Part shown: positions 38,201-45,896 of the stretch, piece after piece | Numbering within the stretch: position 1 is the first letter of the stretch | How the letters are laid out: the number at the start of each line of letters is the position of its first letter | Position numbers and translations under genes: made by a program | IMG/VR virus record: IMGVR_UViG_3300032268_000986 | Coordinates: 278,866 to 342,865 of that record | DNA: 64,000 nucleotides | Direction: 5' to 3' (one strand) | The notes under the pieces: model-generated | Databases searched by the model: none | What the model saw: only the letters and a program-made list of their open reading frames with translations | What the model was told of the DNA's origin: nothing

Positions 38201-38506
38201 ACCCAGTGCCGAGTACGCTGCCAACAAGCCGTATTCGTTGAGTTCGTAACCATTGATTGGAGTACCAGTTGTGGTCTGATAAAAGAATGGTACGCCAAAT
38301 GTAGCTGTAAGATCTCGTTGACTTGTGATTAAATAAGTCTTGTTGATGTTGGCAGCAACAGTGCCAGCGGCTACTGTGACGCCGTCGCTGGAAATTTTGT
38401 TTTGTGCAGTGGCAATCACAAAGTAAGGTACTGTGTTAACAGCTGATGGAAGATATTGACTTTCGTCAATTACCGTTACTTCTACGCCTGGGGATATTAG
38501 AGCCAT
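35231..38506 (-). CDS. gp18: Tail sheath protein, enlarged (1091 aa)
   Basis: MALISPGVEVTVIDES N-terminus; C-terminal PWLAPAG..RG, INPI, FGNKT, ALDRINVARL, FEPND, PVKAVEFIYI. Confidence 0.95.
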   Translation of the reverse strand: MALISPGVEVTVIDESQYLPSAVNTVPYFVIATAQNKISSDGVTVAAGTVAANINKTYLITSQRDLTATFGVPFFYQTTTGTPINGYELNEYGLLAAYSALGVTNRAYVQRVAVDLSQLTASLSRPVGAPADGTFWLDTTNTTWGIQEWNLATGAFTVKTPIVITETDEVVNYAGGNYTPLASIGSIGDYAVSAVNYYNPGYYKNTNNVWVQVGSDAWKSSWASVPGANSPSSLTVGANMYINSNLITVGATNTVTGLAAVINAAAITGVTAAAVSGKLNIYANSTATSDGSTANGGIVNIEVGPNQGAALLTALGITAGSYLAPEYFPGFSYQAPRWRTTDTTPRPTGSVWNNISAVNNGAFLAVKRYSAALAAFVPQACNIFTSDRNAVYGLDPTGGGANVPVGTTYGLCDASQFNTGSNESFSFEILEKIAIGQTVVTGTAVPTTFTNGDTFEISATEAGTAALNVATVTLNGTTPAAFVAAVSAANVPYVSASVNSAGNIVFTHSQGGNMNIQQLTGTCLTVAGFTLNTPKIHPSRLDLTILVLSNFVSTPLFTYTASPTAPDQDPADGRLWYYSSVSDADIMIQNNGSWVGYQNVTNDVRGFDLSITNAAGPIVAATAPTTQTDTALSPLEYGDLWIDTSDLENYPKLYRWEPVTGVDQWVEVDTTDQVTQNGILFADARWATNGTVNCISDPFPTIVSLLTSNYLDLDAPDPALYPQGMLLFNTRRSGYNVKSFQADYFNATSFPDDTLPQETNTWLTASGNKQNGSMWSGRLAQRQMVVESLKSGVDTSLAAREEQNQYNIIATPAYPELTPNMIALSNERNNTLFVVGDTPMRLPNSGNELVAWATNNNGAGLVTEDGNIATSNYCGVFYPSCITTDLGGQTVVQPPSHMMVRTILRSDAVSYPWLAPAGTRRGVIDNATAIGYIDAQTGEFQQIAVGQAVRDILYERNINPITFIPGIGITNFGNKTSRSVTTALDRINVARLICFLRGRLEEVGKLFLFEPNDQITRDEIAGQCNSLMIDLIAKRAIYDYLVVCDLSNNTPARIDRNELWVDIAIEPVKAVEFIYIPLRIKNTGEISGAAA

Positions 38507-38604
38507 GTTCGGGGTTCCTTTTCAAGTGTTAATATTTATGGAGCCCGCCAAAAAACCGTCGTCTACTACGCCCTTTGCCAAAGGTCCTGCAAATAAATAC
38601 CACT

Positions 38605-38952
38605 ATGAATAGACCCATGTGCCCGGTTTGCGGGCAAAGACCCTGTGCTGTGAACTATTATCGAGACGGAGAGGCTCACTATCGTTCAAGATGTGAGTCA
38701 TGTGCTAGGCGAAACCGTGGCTTGAAACCAAGAGTTCCCTTGTGGCAGAGCCAGGGATACAAAAAGAAAATGGTGTGTGATCGTTGTGGATTTCGTGCTA
38801 GATATTCCGCACAAATATCAGTGTATCACGCAGATGGCAGGCTTGACAATGCTGCTCCAAAAAATCTCAAAAGCATTTGCAAAAACTGCGAAATAGCTGT
38901 CAGTCGAGACGATTTGCCATGGCGTCTCGGTGACCTCGAGGCCGATGTTTGA
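38605..38952 (+). CDS. Zinc-finger/HNH-like protein
   Basis: Start revised to 38605 (ATAAATA at 38593-38599, then 5 nt). CPVC, CESC, CDRC, H.DG.L.N....NL...CKNC. Confidence 0.65.
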   Translation: MNRPMCPVCGQRPCAVNYYRDGEAHYRSRCESCARRNRGLKPRVPLWQSQGYKKKMVCDRCGFRARYSAQISVYHADGRLDNAAPKNLKSICKNCEIAVSRDDLPWRLGDLEADV

Positions 38953-39448
38953 TCAATCTATCCACTAATTCAATGGTGTTGCGGCGCAGGGCTGCTAGAT
39001 CGCCATTGTTGTCAATCACATAGTCGGCCATCCAAATTTCCAAGCTCATGCTGGATCTATCTTCTGGTGGCAAGTGATCACTCCGATCTACCCAGACAGC
39101 ATAGTCAAATACTCCGGTATTTCGCATGGCATGAAATTCAGCTTTGTTGCGTAGACCGCAATAGATGTCGTTATCTGCAAATATTTCTCTACCCAAGCGA
39201 GCATAATCATCAGCACAGTAAGCATGAATCATGTTGTACCATTCAGCACGATGGTTGTGTCGATCTGTGTAGCATTCTTGAAATGTCGTGTAGCCGTACT
39301 GATCTTTCAGTTCACGATAGATGAATTTTTCAGCACAAAACTCTGAACTGGATTGAAATTCATAACCAAATTTTTCTCGAAGAATTTCGCACACCGAGTC
39401 TTTACCATGGCGTCCATGGCCAATAATTAGCAGTTTAGGTAGTGTCAT
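38900..39448 (-). CDS. Deoxynucleoside monophosphate kinase (T4 gp1-like)
   Basis: IIGHGRHGKD P-loop variant, R..E and WVDR motifs. Confidence 0.7.
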   Translation of the reverse strand: MTLPKLLIIGHGRHGKDSVCEILREKFGYEFQSSSEFCAEKFIYRELKDQYGYTTFQECYTDRHNHRAEWYNMIHAYCADDYARLGREIFADNDIYCGLRNKAEFHAMRNTGVFDYAVWVDRSDHLPPEDRSSMSLEIWMADYVIDNNGDLAALRRNTIELVDRLIKHRPRGHRDAMANRLD

Positions 39449-39966
39449 TTGAGTTGTGTTACGTTTAGATGTTTGAGGGTGCGCTGTAGCATGCCAATTT
39501 GTCTACGACAATCTTCCAAGGCATGATGACTGGTGGCAGGAATGGGTTGGTCAGGCCACAGACTGAAAACTGTACGGCTATCACGCACCGAGTAGTATTT
39601 CCAAGGCAGGGGTTTGTTATAGCTCTTGTAGGCATGTTCAAGAATGTTCATGTCATACGTGGGACCTTGGGCCCAGATACGATTGGCATGCCAGATCAAT
39701 TTCCCTAGCTCGTCCAAGGCTTGGTCCAAGGGAATACGGTCTTCATCGTTGAAGGCTTCTTCACGAGCATGTGCAGGTTGTGTGGCCCACCATGCCACAG
39801 TACCATCTTCAATTTTGCGATTTTCTTGACTCTCTAGTGTGACTCGAGCATAGAATGACCGATCATAATAGCCTGTACCAAACGGATCAAACGTCTGGGC
39901 AGCAATAGTCAAAATAGTTGTGTCAGGGCCAGTAGCCAGCCCTTCAAGGTCGATCATTAAGTCCAT
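39445..39966 (-). CDS. DEDDh 3'-5' exonuclease (DexA/RNase T-like)
   Basis: MIDLE, WWATQ, WAQGPTYD..ILE, RD.RT, HHALEDC..Q. Confidence 0.85.
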   Translation of the reverse strand: MDLMIDLEGLATGPDTTILTIAAQTFDPFGTGYYDRSFYARVTLESQENRKIEDGTVAWWATQPAHAREEAFNDEDRIPLDQALDELGKLIWHANRIWAQGPTYDMNILEHAYKSYNKPLPWKYYSVRDSRTVFSLWPDQPIPATSHHALEDCRRQIGMLQRTLKHLNVTQLK

Positions 39967-39983
39967 GCTACATTGTAGCAGAT

Positions 39984-40706
39984 CTAATCACGCAAGTCAA
40001 TATTCATGGCCAAACGAAACCAGTCAATCATGGCAGAATTGGTGGGATGATAACCGTCTTCTCTGAGACGGTTTTGGTCACGAGCCCAGACCTGGGGTGC
40101 TGTGTGATCTGTGAATTTTGTCCAGTCCACTGCATGGTACAAGGGAGTTTGCTGATCCATGACGCCATGACACTGCTCAAACTGATCGTATTCAGTGGAT
40201 TTGACATCATATATAAATCCCATCTGATAGGGTATATTGCGCTGATTCAACACAGCCTGTGTTGACACAATACTCAACAAAGACAACTCGGTGAGATATT
40301 GATTTTGATCAGCTTCGGACATGTATTGCATTTGAAGAAATTTTTTAATTGCTTTTGGAGTTTGACTAGAATCCTGAGTGGTTATACCTACTAACATCCC
40401 TCCTGAGTGGAACCATGACATGTTGCCAATTTGCCACTTAAACAAATGTTCGTTAGTGTGTGCTTGATAATGCTGGCCCAGATGTGCGCTGATGGGAATA
40501 TCCACACGATTGATGCCAGACCATATCACCACAACTTGATCATACGGTGTTCTACAAACTTCGTATATGGTCTGTGCTGCTATGGCTTGATTGCCAGATC
40601 CAGGGGAGGCCAGGACGGTGTATTTGTCAGAGTTGATAGGATGAACTTTCTCCTGGTTTAAAAAAGCCAAGAAACTACACCCCACCAACAGTGTACGAGA
40701 CATCAA
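39984..40706 (-). CDS. SGNH hydrolase-like protein
   Basis: LVGCSF (catalytic Ser block), SPGSGN, WSG..R.D, C-terminal DGYHP (DxxH). Confidence 0.6.
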   Translation of the reverse strand: MMSRTLLVGCSFLAFLNQEKVHPINSDKYTVLASPGSGNQAIAAQTIYEVCRTPYDQVVVIWSGINRVDIPISAHLGQHYQAHTNEHLFKWQIGNMSWFHSGGMLVGITTQDSSQTPKAIKKFLQMQYMSEADQNQYLTELSLLSIVSTQAVLNQRNIPYQMGFIYDVKSTEYDQFEQCHGVMDQQTPLYHAVDWTKFTDHTAPQVWARDQNRLREDGYHPTNSAMIDWFRLAMNIDLRD

Positions 40707-41464
40707 CCAATGACCCAGGTCAAGGGCTGGCTTCCATCAACATAGTTTACCAGTTCGGCAATTTTAGCGTCCATTTGAGTTTGTGCCTCGGCTTTCATGG
40801 CAGTGCCATTTAGTGTGCCGCCACCTTGTGGTCCAGCAATGGAACCAAACTTTTCTCTAGCTTCGCCAATGATCATTTTGCAGGCAGCCACCATGTAGTC
40901 ACGCAGCCATTGGCTAATTTGATAGTCTTGCAACAAGTTGATTTCAGGTTTGAGTTGGTAAGCCCAGATCAACACATTTTCGCCAGTGCCTTTGGGGTCA
41001 CGAATCAGTTGCAATTTTTTAGTAACAGGATTCCATGTGTAGTTCATGTAGGCGCCAAACATCTTGCCGGCCAGCTCAACATACTGTGAATAGAAGTCAT
41101 ATGTGGCCAGGCCACCGGCCACGTTGAAGTTCATGAGATACACATTCAAGCTGGCCTGTGCAAAAGGATCAAAGTTTGATGCAAAAGGGCCAGTAGCATC
41201 ACCAAATGTTCTGCGAAAGATCTGTCGAACACTCACAACTTCCTGGGGCAGGGTATAGATGTTTAGATCACGTATGAGTTCCATGAAGATGTAGGCTTCT
41301 TCATAGGCATAGTTGGCACGTTGACGGTAAACCCCAATGGTTCTTTGATAGGCAGCTTCGTAGTGAGCCGGGTCCAACTCTAGGTCAACAATTTGGTTGC
41401 CTAGTGTTAGGCCGCAGTAATCAATAAGCTCTTGCTTGAGCTCTTGCAGTGTTTTTTCAGACAT
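40703..41464 (-). CDS. gp13: Neck protein (T4 gp13-like)
   Basis: LIDYC.L.LG...VDLELD..HYE, YTLP.EV..V, W.RDY..A..K..IG..R.KF, GG.TLNG; late promoter at 41486-41492. Confidence 0.85.
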   Translation of the reverse strand: MSEKTLQELKQELIDYCGLTLGNQIVDLELDPAHYEAAYQRTIGVYRQRANYAYEEAYIFMELIRDLNIYTLPQEVVSVRQIFRRTFGDATGPFASNFDPFAQASLNVYLMNFNVAGGLATYDFYSQYVELAGKMFGAYMNYTWNPVTKKLQLIRDPKGTGENVLIWAYQLKPEINLLQDYQISQWLRDYMVAACKMIIGEAREKFGSIAGPQGGGTLNGTAMKAEAQTQMDAKIAELVNYVDGSQPLTWVIG

Positions 41465-41488
41465 TAAGGGGACTCCGTTCCCCCATAT

Positions 41489-42631
41489 TTACCACACTCT
41501 AAGAATGATCAAATTCTCAGTGCCTCGACCGTTGAATGCCGTCTCGGTTGTAGTGAGTTCTTTGTACACTCTACGAGCCGCTGGCTTGCCGGCTGTGCTC
41601 ATGGTCTTTAGGGTATCAGCCGGTTTCCTCACAGTTTTTTGCAGGGTTTCTGCTGTGGAAAATCCAATGATGCTGTTGCTCTTGATGGTGAATGCCTTGG
41701 CATACTCATCTGCTACCACGTGTATCAGTTTGCGCTTTTTGGTATCGTACAACCAGGCCTCGCTCTTGTCCACCAGGCTTGCAGCCGGCAACGATTTCAG
41801 TTTGAGCTCGGCAAACTCTGCCAGAATCTTGAACTTGGCCGCACGTTTTTCTGGTGGCACTGCACGAACCTTGCGTGGCTTGCGTTCTACCTTCTTGATC
41901 TGCACATACGCACCACAGTCATTGATCACTGCTTCACAGAACTTGATTACGTTGCGCATTTGAATCTTGGAGAGATGACTGTAGCCCTCAACCAGTTGTG
42001 CGTCTTTGCCTTCGACCACACGCTCAAATTCTGACAGTTTGCGTTTCCAGTTGTCTGAAATCTGACTGACCATTTGTGGTGCAATGTTCATGCCACGCAT
42101 GATCACCACGGGCTTGAAGTCAGCAGTCATCTTGGCACCACTCAACAAGAAATCGTCAAACAAGCCCTCTAGTTCACCGTCACACTCGTTGGCTTTTTCA
42201 CGCAGACGATCTTGAATTGTGATCTTGGGCACTGCGGGTTCTTCTGGTGCTTCTTCCACGGTGTTTTGTTTGCTGTCCAGTATTTCTCTCAATTGGCTTT
42301 GCAATCTAGCCTGTTCGCTGTCGTTTAACTCCAGACCCACCAGGGTCATGCGGCACAACCAGCCTGTGGTCAAGCGAATAGCCGAGTCAGGAATACCCTT
42401 GAGCAGTCGAACATCGTCCTTGCGACCATGTGTTTCTAGATAACTTACAATCATGTCACGGGCATCTTTTTTACCATAAAAGTAATTGTACCAAGTGAAT
42501 GCTTTGCTTAATGCTGTAATGCGGTACTCAGTGGGCTGAGTCTGCCAGGTGGGCTCTTGTCCCAAGATGTTGGTGTCAGAACTGCGGGGGTTCAGCAGTT
42601 TTATAGATTTGGGTGTTACAGCAGTTTTCAA
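41489..42631 (-). CDS. Early hypothetical protein
   Basis: 380 aa, TTG start with AAGGAG SD, sigma70 promoter at 42659-42687. Confidence 0.8.
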   Translation of the reverse strand: MKTAVTPKSIKLLNPRSSDTNILGQEPTWQTQPTEYRITALSKAFTWYNYFYGKKDARDMIVSYLETHGRKDDVRLLKGIPDSAIRLTTGWLCRMTLVGLELNDSEQARLQSQLREILDSKQNTVEEAPEEPAVPKITIQDRLREKANECDGELEGLFDDFLLSGAKMTADFKPVVIMRGMNIAPQMVSQISDNWKRKLSEFERVVEGKDAQLVEGYSHLSKIQMRNVIKFCEAVINDCGAYVQIKKVERKPRKVRAVPPEKRAAKFKILAEFAELKLKSLPAASLVDKSEAWLYDTKKRKLIHVVADEYAKAFTIKSNSIIGFSTAETLQKTVRKPADTLKTMSTAGKPAARRVYKELTTTETAFNGRGTENLIILRVW

Positions 42632-42658
42632 GGTGGCTCCTTTTGGATCAATGTTGTA

Positions 42659-42687
42659 ATTATAGCACTTTGAGATTTATTGGTCAA
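42659..42687 (-). promoter_or_regulatory. sigma70-type early promoter, back-to-back with the gp14 late promoter (ATAAATA 42695-42701, + strand)
   Basis: TTGACC-17 bp-TATAAT, with the same GGTTGACCAA context as the 8.4-8.9 kb promoters. Confidence 0.85.
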
Positions 42688-42709
42688 CCTGTCAATAAAT
42701 AGTATTACT

Positions 42710-44071
42710 ATGCCCCGTCTAAGTTTATACCGTCCCAACCGCACTAGAGACTACCAATTTCTAGACCGAACTATTTCGGAAATGTACACCGTTGGTGGGC
42801 TGGACATCTATGTCCACAAATACATGGGTCCTGTCACTGGCGGGGAAGATTCGGCTTTTTCGGGCAACGCAGATGCAACCCAACCCACGTATGACACTCA
42901 GAGTCCTTTGCACATACAGGACTTGCTGTTGTTGGAAAACCGTGATCGTGTGTACGATCCTGATATCTACATCATGCGCGGAGTGTACAACACTCAGGAC
43001 GTGGACTTTGATTTAAGTCAGTTTGGATTGTTTTTGAACAACGACACCTTGTTCATCACATTTCACTACAACGACATGATTGACACATTTCAGCGCAAGC
43101 TCATGAACGGTGATGTACTTGAAGTTCCCAATCTCAGAGACTACAATCCGCTCAATGCTGCCATACCACAACCATTTCCCAAGTACTATGTGATACAGGA
43201 TGCGGCATTTGCCAGCGAAGGTTTTAGTCAAACTTGGTTGCCACACCTGTGGCGTGTGAAAGCCACACCGCTGACCAATGCACAAGAATACAAAGACATA
43301 CTCAAGAAACCAGTTGTGAGTGAGCAAATCTGGGACAACGACAATTTCTATCCTGCAGGCAGTGTGGTCAACGCAGGTGATGTGTACTATGTTGCCAAGA
43401 TCAATGTTCCTGCAGGCACAGACATCACTAATACCACTTACTGGATGGAATACTCGCCCCCCACTCAGAGCGAGGTGTTTACCACACGCACCAAGGACCA
43501 GGAAATCAACGATGCCATTGTTACCCAGGCCAACATTGAAGTGCCACTCAGTGGGTTTGATGTGCAAAGCTTCTATGTGTTGCCCACCACAATCGATGGG
43601 CAACCAGCCAATCCTGATTCTCTTACTTCAGAAAGTGGTGATACCGTGGATGGCACACAGGGTGGCATGAGTGTGACCCCCAAGGCCGATGGCTACACTG
43701 TGGGTTACCTAACTGGAGATGGTATCCCTCCCAATGGGTTGCCCACTGGTGCCGGAGTCAGCTTCCCGCCCACGCCCTTGGCTGGGGACTTTTTCTTGCG
43801 ACTGGACTATTTTCCCAACCGACTGTTCCGCTTCAATGGTAGAGCATGGATCAAGATTGAGAGCAAGGTGCGCAATGATCTCAACAACGGATTCAGCAAC
43901 AAAACTCTGCGCAGTAGCTTTGTCAACAATCCCTACACTGTGCCCACCACAGACATGGGCAACATACCAAGTCGTCAGAGTCTCAGTGAAATTCTCCGGC
44001 CCAGGGCCGACAACGGTGATCAAGGAGGCGACAAACCTCCAAATCCACCTCCAACAACTTTTAACTATTGA
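42710..44071 (+). CDS. gp14: Neck/head-completion protein (T4 gp14-like) with C-terminal extension
   Basis: Start revised to 42710 (MPRLSLY). Motifs G.D.Y.HKY, QDLLLLENRDR.Y, DLSQFGLF, GDVLEVP, HLWR.K. Confidence 0.75.
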   Translation: MPRLSLYRPNRTRDYQFLDRTISEMYTVGGLDIYVHKYMGPVTGGEDSAFSGNADATQPTYDTQSPLHIQDLLLLENRDRVYDPDIYIMRGVYNTQDVDFDLSQFGLFLNNDTLFITFHYNDMIDTFQRKLMNGDVLEVPNLRDYNPLNAAIPQPFPKYYVIQDAAFASEGFSQTWLPHLWRVKATPLTNAQEYKDILKKPVVSEQIWDNDNFYPAGSVVNAGDVYYVAKINVPAGTDITNTTYWMEYSPPTQSEVFTTRTKDQEINDAIVTQANIEVPLSGFDVQSFYVLPTTIDGQPANPDSLTSESGDTVDGTQGGMSVTPKADGYTVGYLTGDGIPPNGLPTGAGVSFPPTPLAGDFFLRLDYFPNRLFRFNGRAWIKIESKVRNDLNNGFSNKTLRSSFVNNPYTVPTTDMGNIPSRQSLSEILRPRADNGDQGGDKPPNPPPTTFNY

Positions 44072-45486
44072 TCATGCAAGAATTCTTTTACGACGAACAG
44101 ATACGCAGGTTCCTGCTGCAATTTACCAGAATTTTTACAGGATTTCAAGTAGAGTATGGGCGTGAAGCCAACAGTGAGAATGCTGCCTATTTGAGAGTTC
44201 CTGTGCGATACGGTGATGCCAGTCGCAATGCTCAAACCATCATTCAAGAGAACTCGGCCAATTCCATGCCTTCGTCACCCATGATGTCATTCTACATCAC
44301 AGGCATGGACTATGACCGCCCAAGAATGCAGGAACCTTACTTTGTGAGTAAAACTGCTGTGCGTCAGCGCACATATGATTCTTTCAGTCAAACCTACGAA
44401 ACCACGCAGGGCAATGCGTTCAGTATTGAACGACTCATGCCAGTGCCCTATCGCATGACCATCAATCTAGATGTGTGGACCAGCAACACCAATCAAAAGT
44501 TGCAGATATTTGAGCAAATTGCCACGCTGTTTAATCCCTCCTTGGAGATACAGGCCACTGACAACTACATTGACTGGACCAGTTTGACCATAGTAGATCT
44601 AGAACGAGTGAACTGGACCAGTCGCACCATTCCCATGGGCACCGACAATCCCATTGACATCATGACCATAACATTTGGCATTCCAATTTGGATCAGTTCT
44701 CCGGCCATGGTCAAGAAACTGGGCGTGGTAGAGCGTGTTGTATCTGGTATATTTGACGACCAGGGCGATCTAGCGGATTCTATCACCAACAATGATTTGT
44801 TGTTGGGCACCAGACAAATGTTTACTCCTTGGAACTACAAGTTGGTTGTGATTGACAACAAAATTCAAGTCTTGTATGATGCCACAGTTGTTCCTGATGG
44901 CAGCTATGTCAATCTAGCTCCCACAGCCATTGTGGCGGATTCTCCCTTGTTATGGCCTGCTGTGTTGGGTGCATATGGTGTGTATCGCCCAGGTATCAGT
45001 CAAATTCGATTGAATCGCCCGCCAGATTCCAACACCACTGAATATGCCATTGTGGGAACATTTGTGGTTGATCCCAACGATGATCGACTGGTGATTTTTG
45101 ATCCTGATCCTGACACTGCTCCACAAAATACTTTGCCACCCATTGATGCCATTATCAATCCACTGCTGAGTGGTCCAGGCACTGGGTTACCAGCAGCCGC
45201 AGATGGTCAACAATACTTGCTGGTTGAAGGGACTGGCAGTGCTGAAAATGAATTTCCAGCTGAGGCATGGCTGGGTCAAGGTAACCGACCACTAGTGGCC
45301 CAGGCCAATGATATCATTGTGTATCAGTGGGGCTATTGGCGTGTGTTGTTTGACAGCAGCAATCAGCCGGCTGGACAGTTTGTCACCAACATCACCACAG
45401 GCACACAGTATGAGTGGACTGGAGATGTCTGGATCAAATCATATCAAGGTGTGTATCCTGCCGGTACCTGGAGCATAGTACTGTGA
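44068..45486 (+). CDS. gp15: Tail terminator (T4 gp15-like) with C-terminal extension
   Basis: FFYDEQIRRFLLQF..IF, VPVRYG, MPVPY......D.W, QIFEQI..LFNP; order gp13/14/15. Confidence 0.8.
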   Translation: MIMQEFFYDEQIRRFLLQFTRIFTGFQVEYGREANSENAAYLRVPVRYGDASRNAQTIIQENSANSMPSSPMMSFYITGMDYDRPRMQEPYFVSKTAVRQRTYDSFSQTYETTQGNAFSIERLMPVPYRMTINLDVWTSNTNQKLQIFEQIATLFNPSLEIQATDNYIDWTSLTIVDLERVNWTSRTIPMGTDNPIDIMTITFGIPIWISSPAMVKKLGVVERVVSGIFDDQGDLADSITNNDLLLGTRQMFTPWNYKLVVIDNKIQVLYDATVVPDGSYVNLAPTAIVADSPLLWPAVLGAYGVYRPGISQIRLNRPPDSNTTEYAIVGTFVVDPNDDRLVIFDPDPDTAPQNTLPPIDAIINPLLSGPGTGLPAAADGQQYLLVEGTGSAENEFPAEAWLGQGNRPLVAQANDIIVYQWGYWRVLFDSSNQPAGQFVTNITTGTQYEWTGDVWIKSYQGVYPAGTWSIVL

Positions 45487-45896
45487 AAGCAGTTGGTGTT
45501 TGGTTTTATGCGGCCAGCACTGGTCGATATCTATACCTGTTGCGCAATGATCACAAACATCCTGGCGCCTGGGGCCTACCTGGGGGCAAACTTGAATCTG
45601 GTGAAACCTTGCTGGGTGGCATGGAACGTGAATGCACTGAAGAACTAGGCAGCTTTCCAGTGTATCAGCGACTGGTGCCTGTGGAGAAATTCACTGCTGG
45701 GGATTTTGAGTATCACACCTGGGTGTGTGTGGTCACTGGTGAATTTGTGCCTGTGCTAAATCACGAACACCTGGGGTATGCCTGGATCAATTCTAGTGTG
45801 TTTCCCAGGCCTATGCATCCGGGTCTTTGGAGCACAGTGAATCTCGAAGCTGTGCAAAGCAAGCTGCTCTTGATAGAGCAGGCATTGCAATTATAA
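45483..45896 (+). CDS. Nudix hydrolase
   Basis: Start revised to GTG 45483. Nudix box GLPGGKLESGETLLGGMERECTEELG; EH..YAW. Confidence 0.9.
   Translation: MKAVGVWFYAASTGRYLYLLRNDHKHPGAWGLPGGKLESGETLLGGMERECTEELGSFPVYQRLVPVEKFTAGDFEYHTWVCVVTGEFVPVLNHEHLGYAWINSSVFPRPMHPGLWSTVNLEAVQSKLLLIEQALQL

Noticed and set aside
38605-38952. Mobile homing endonuclease
   Set aside because: The HNH-like motif is short, the gene has its own late promoter and no flanking intron or insertion signs; more likely a resident packaging or structural-module accessory.
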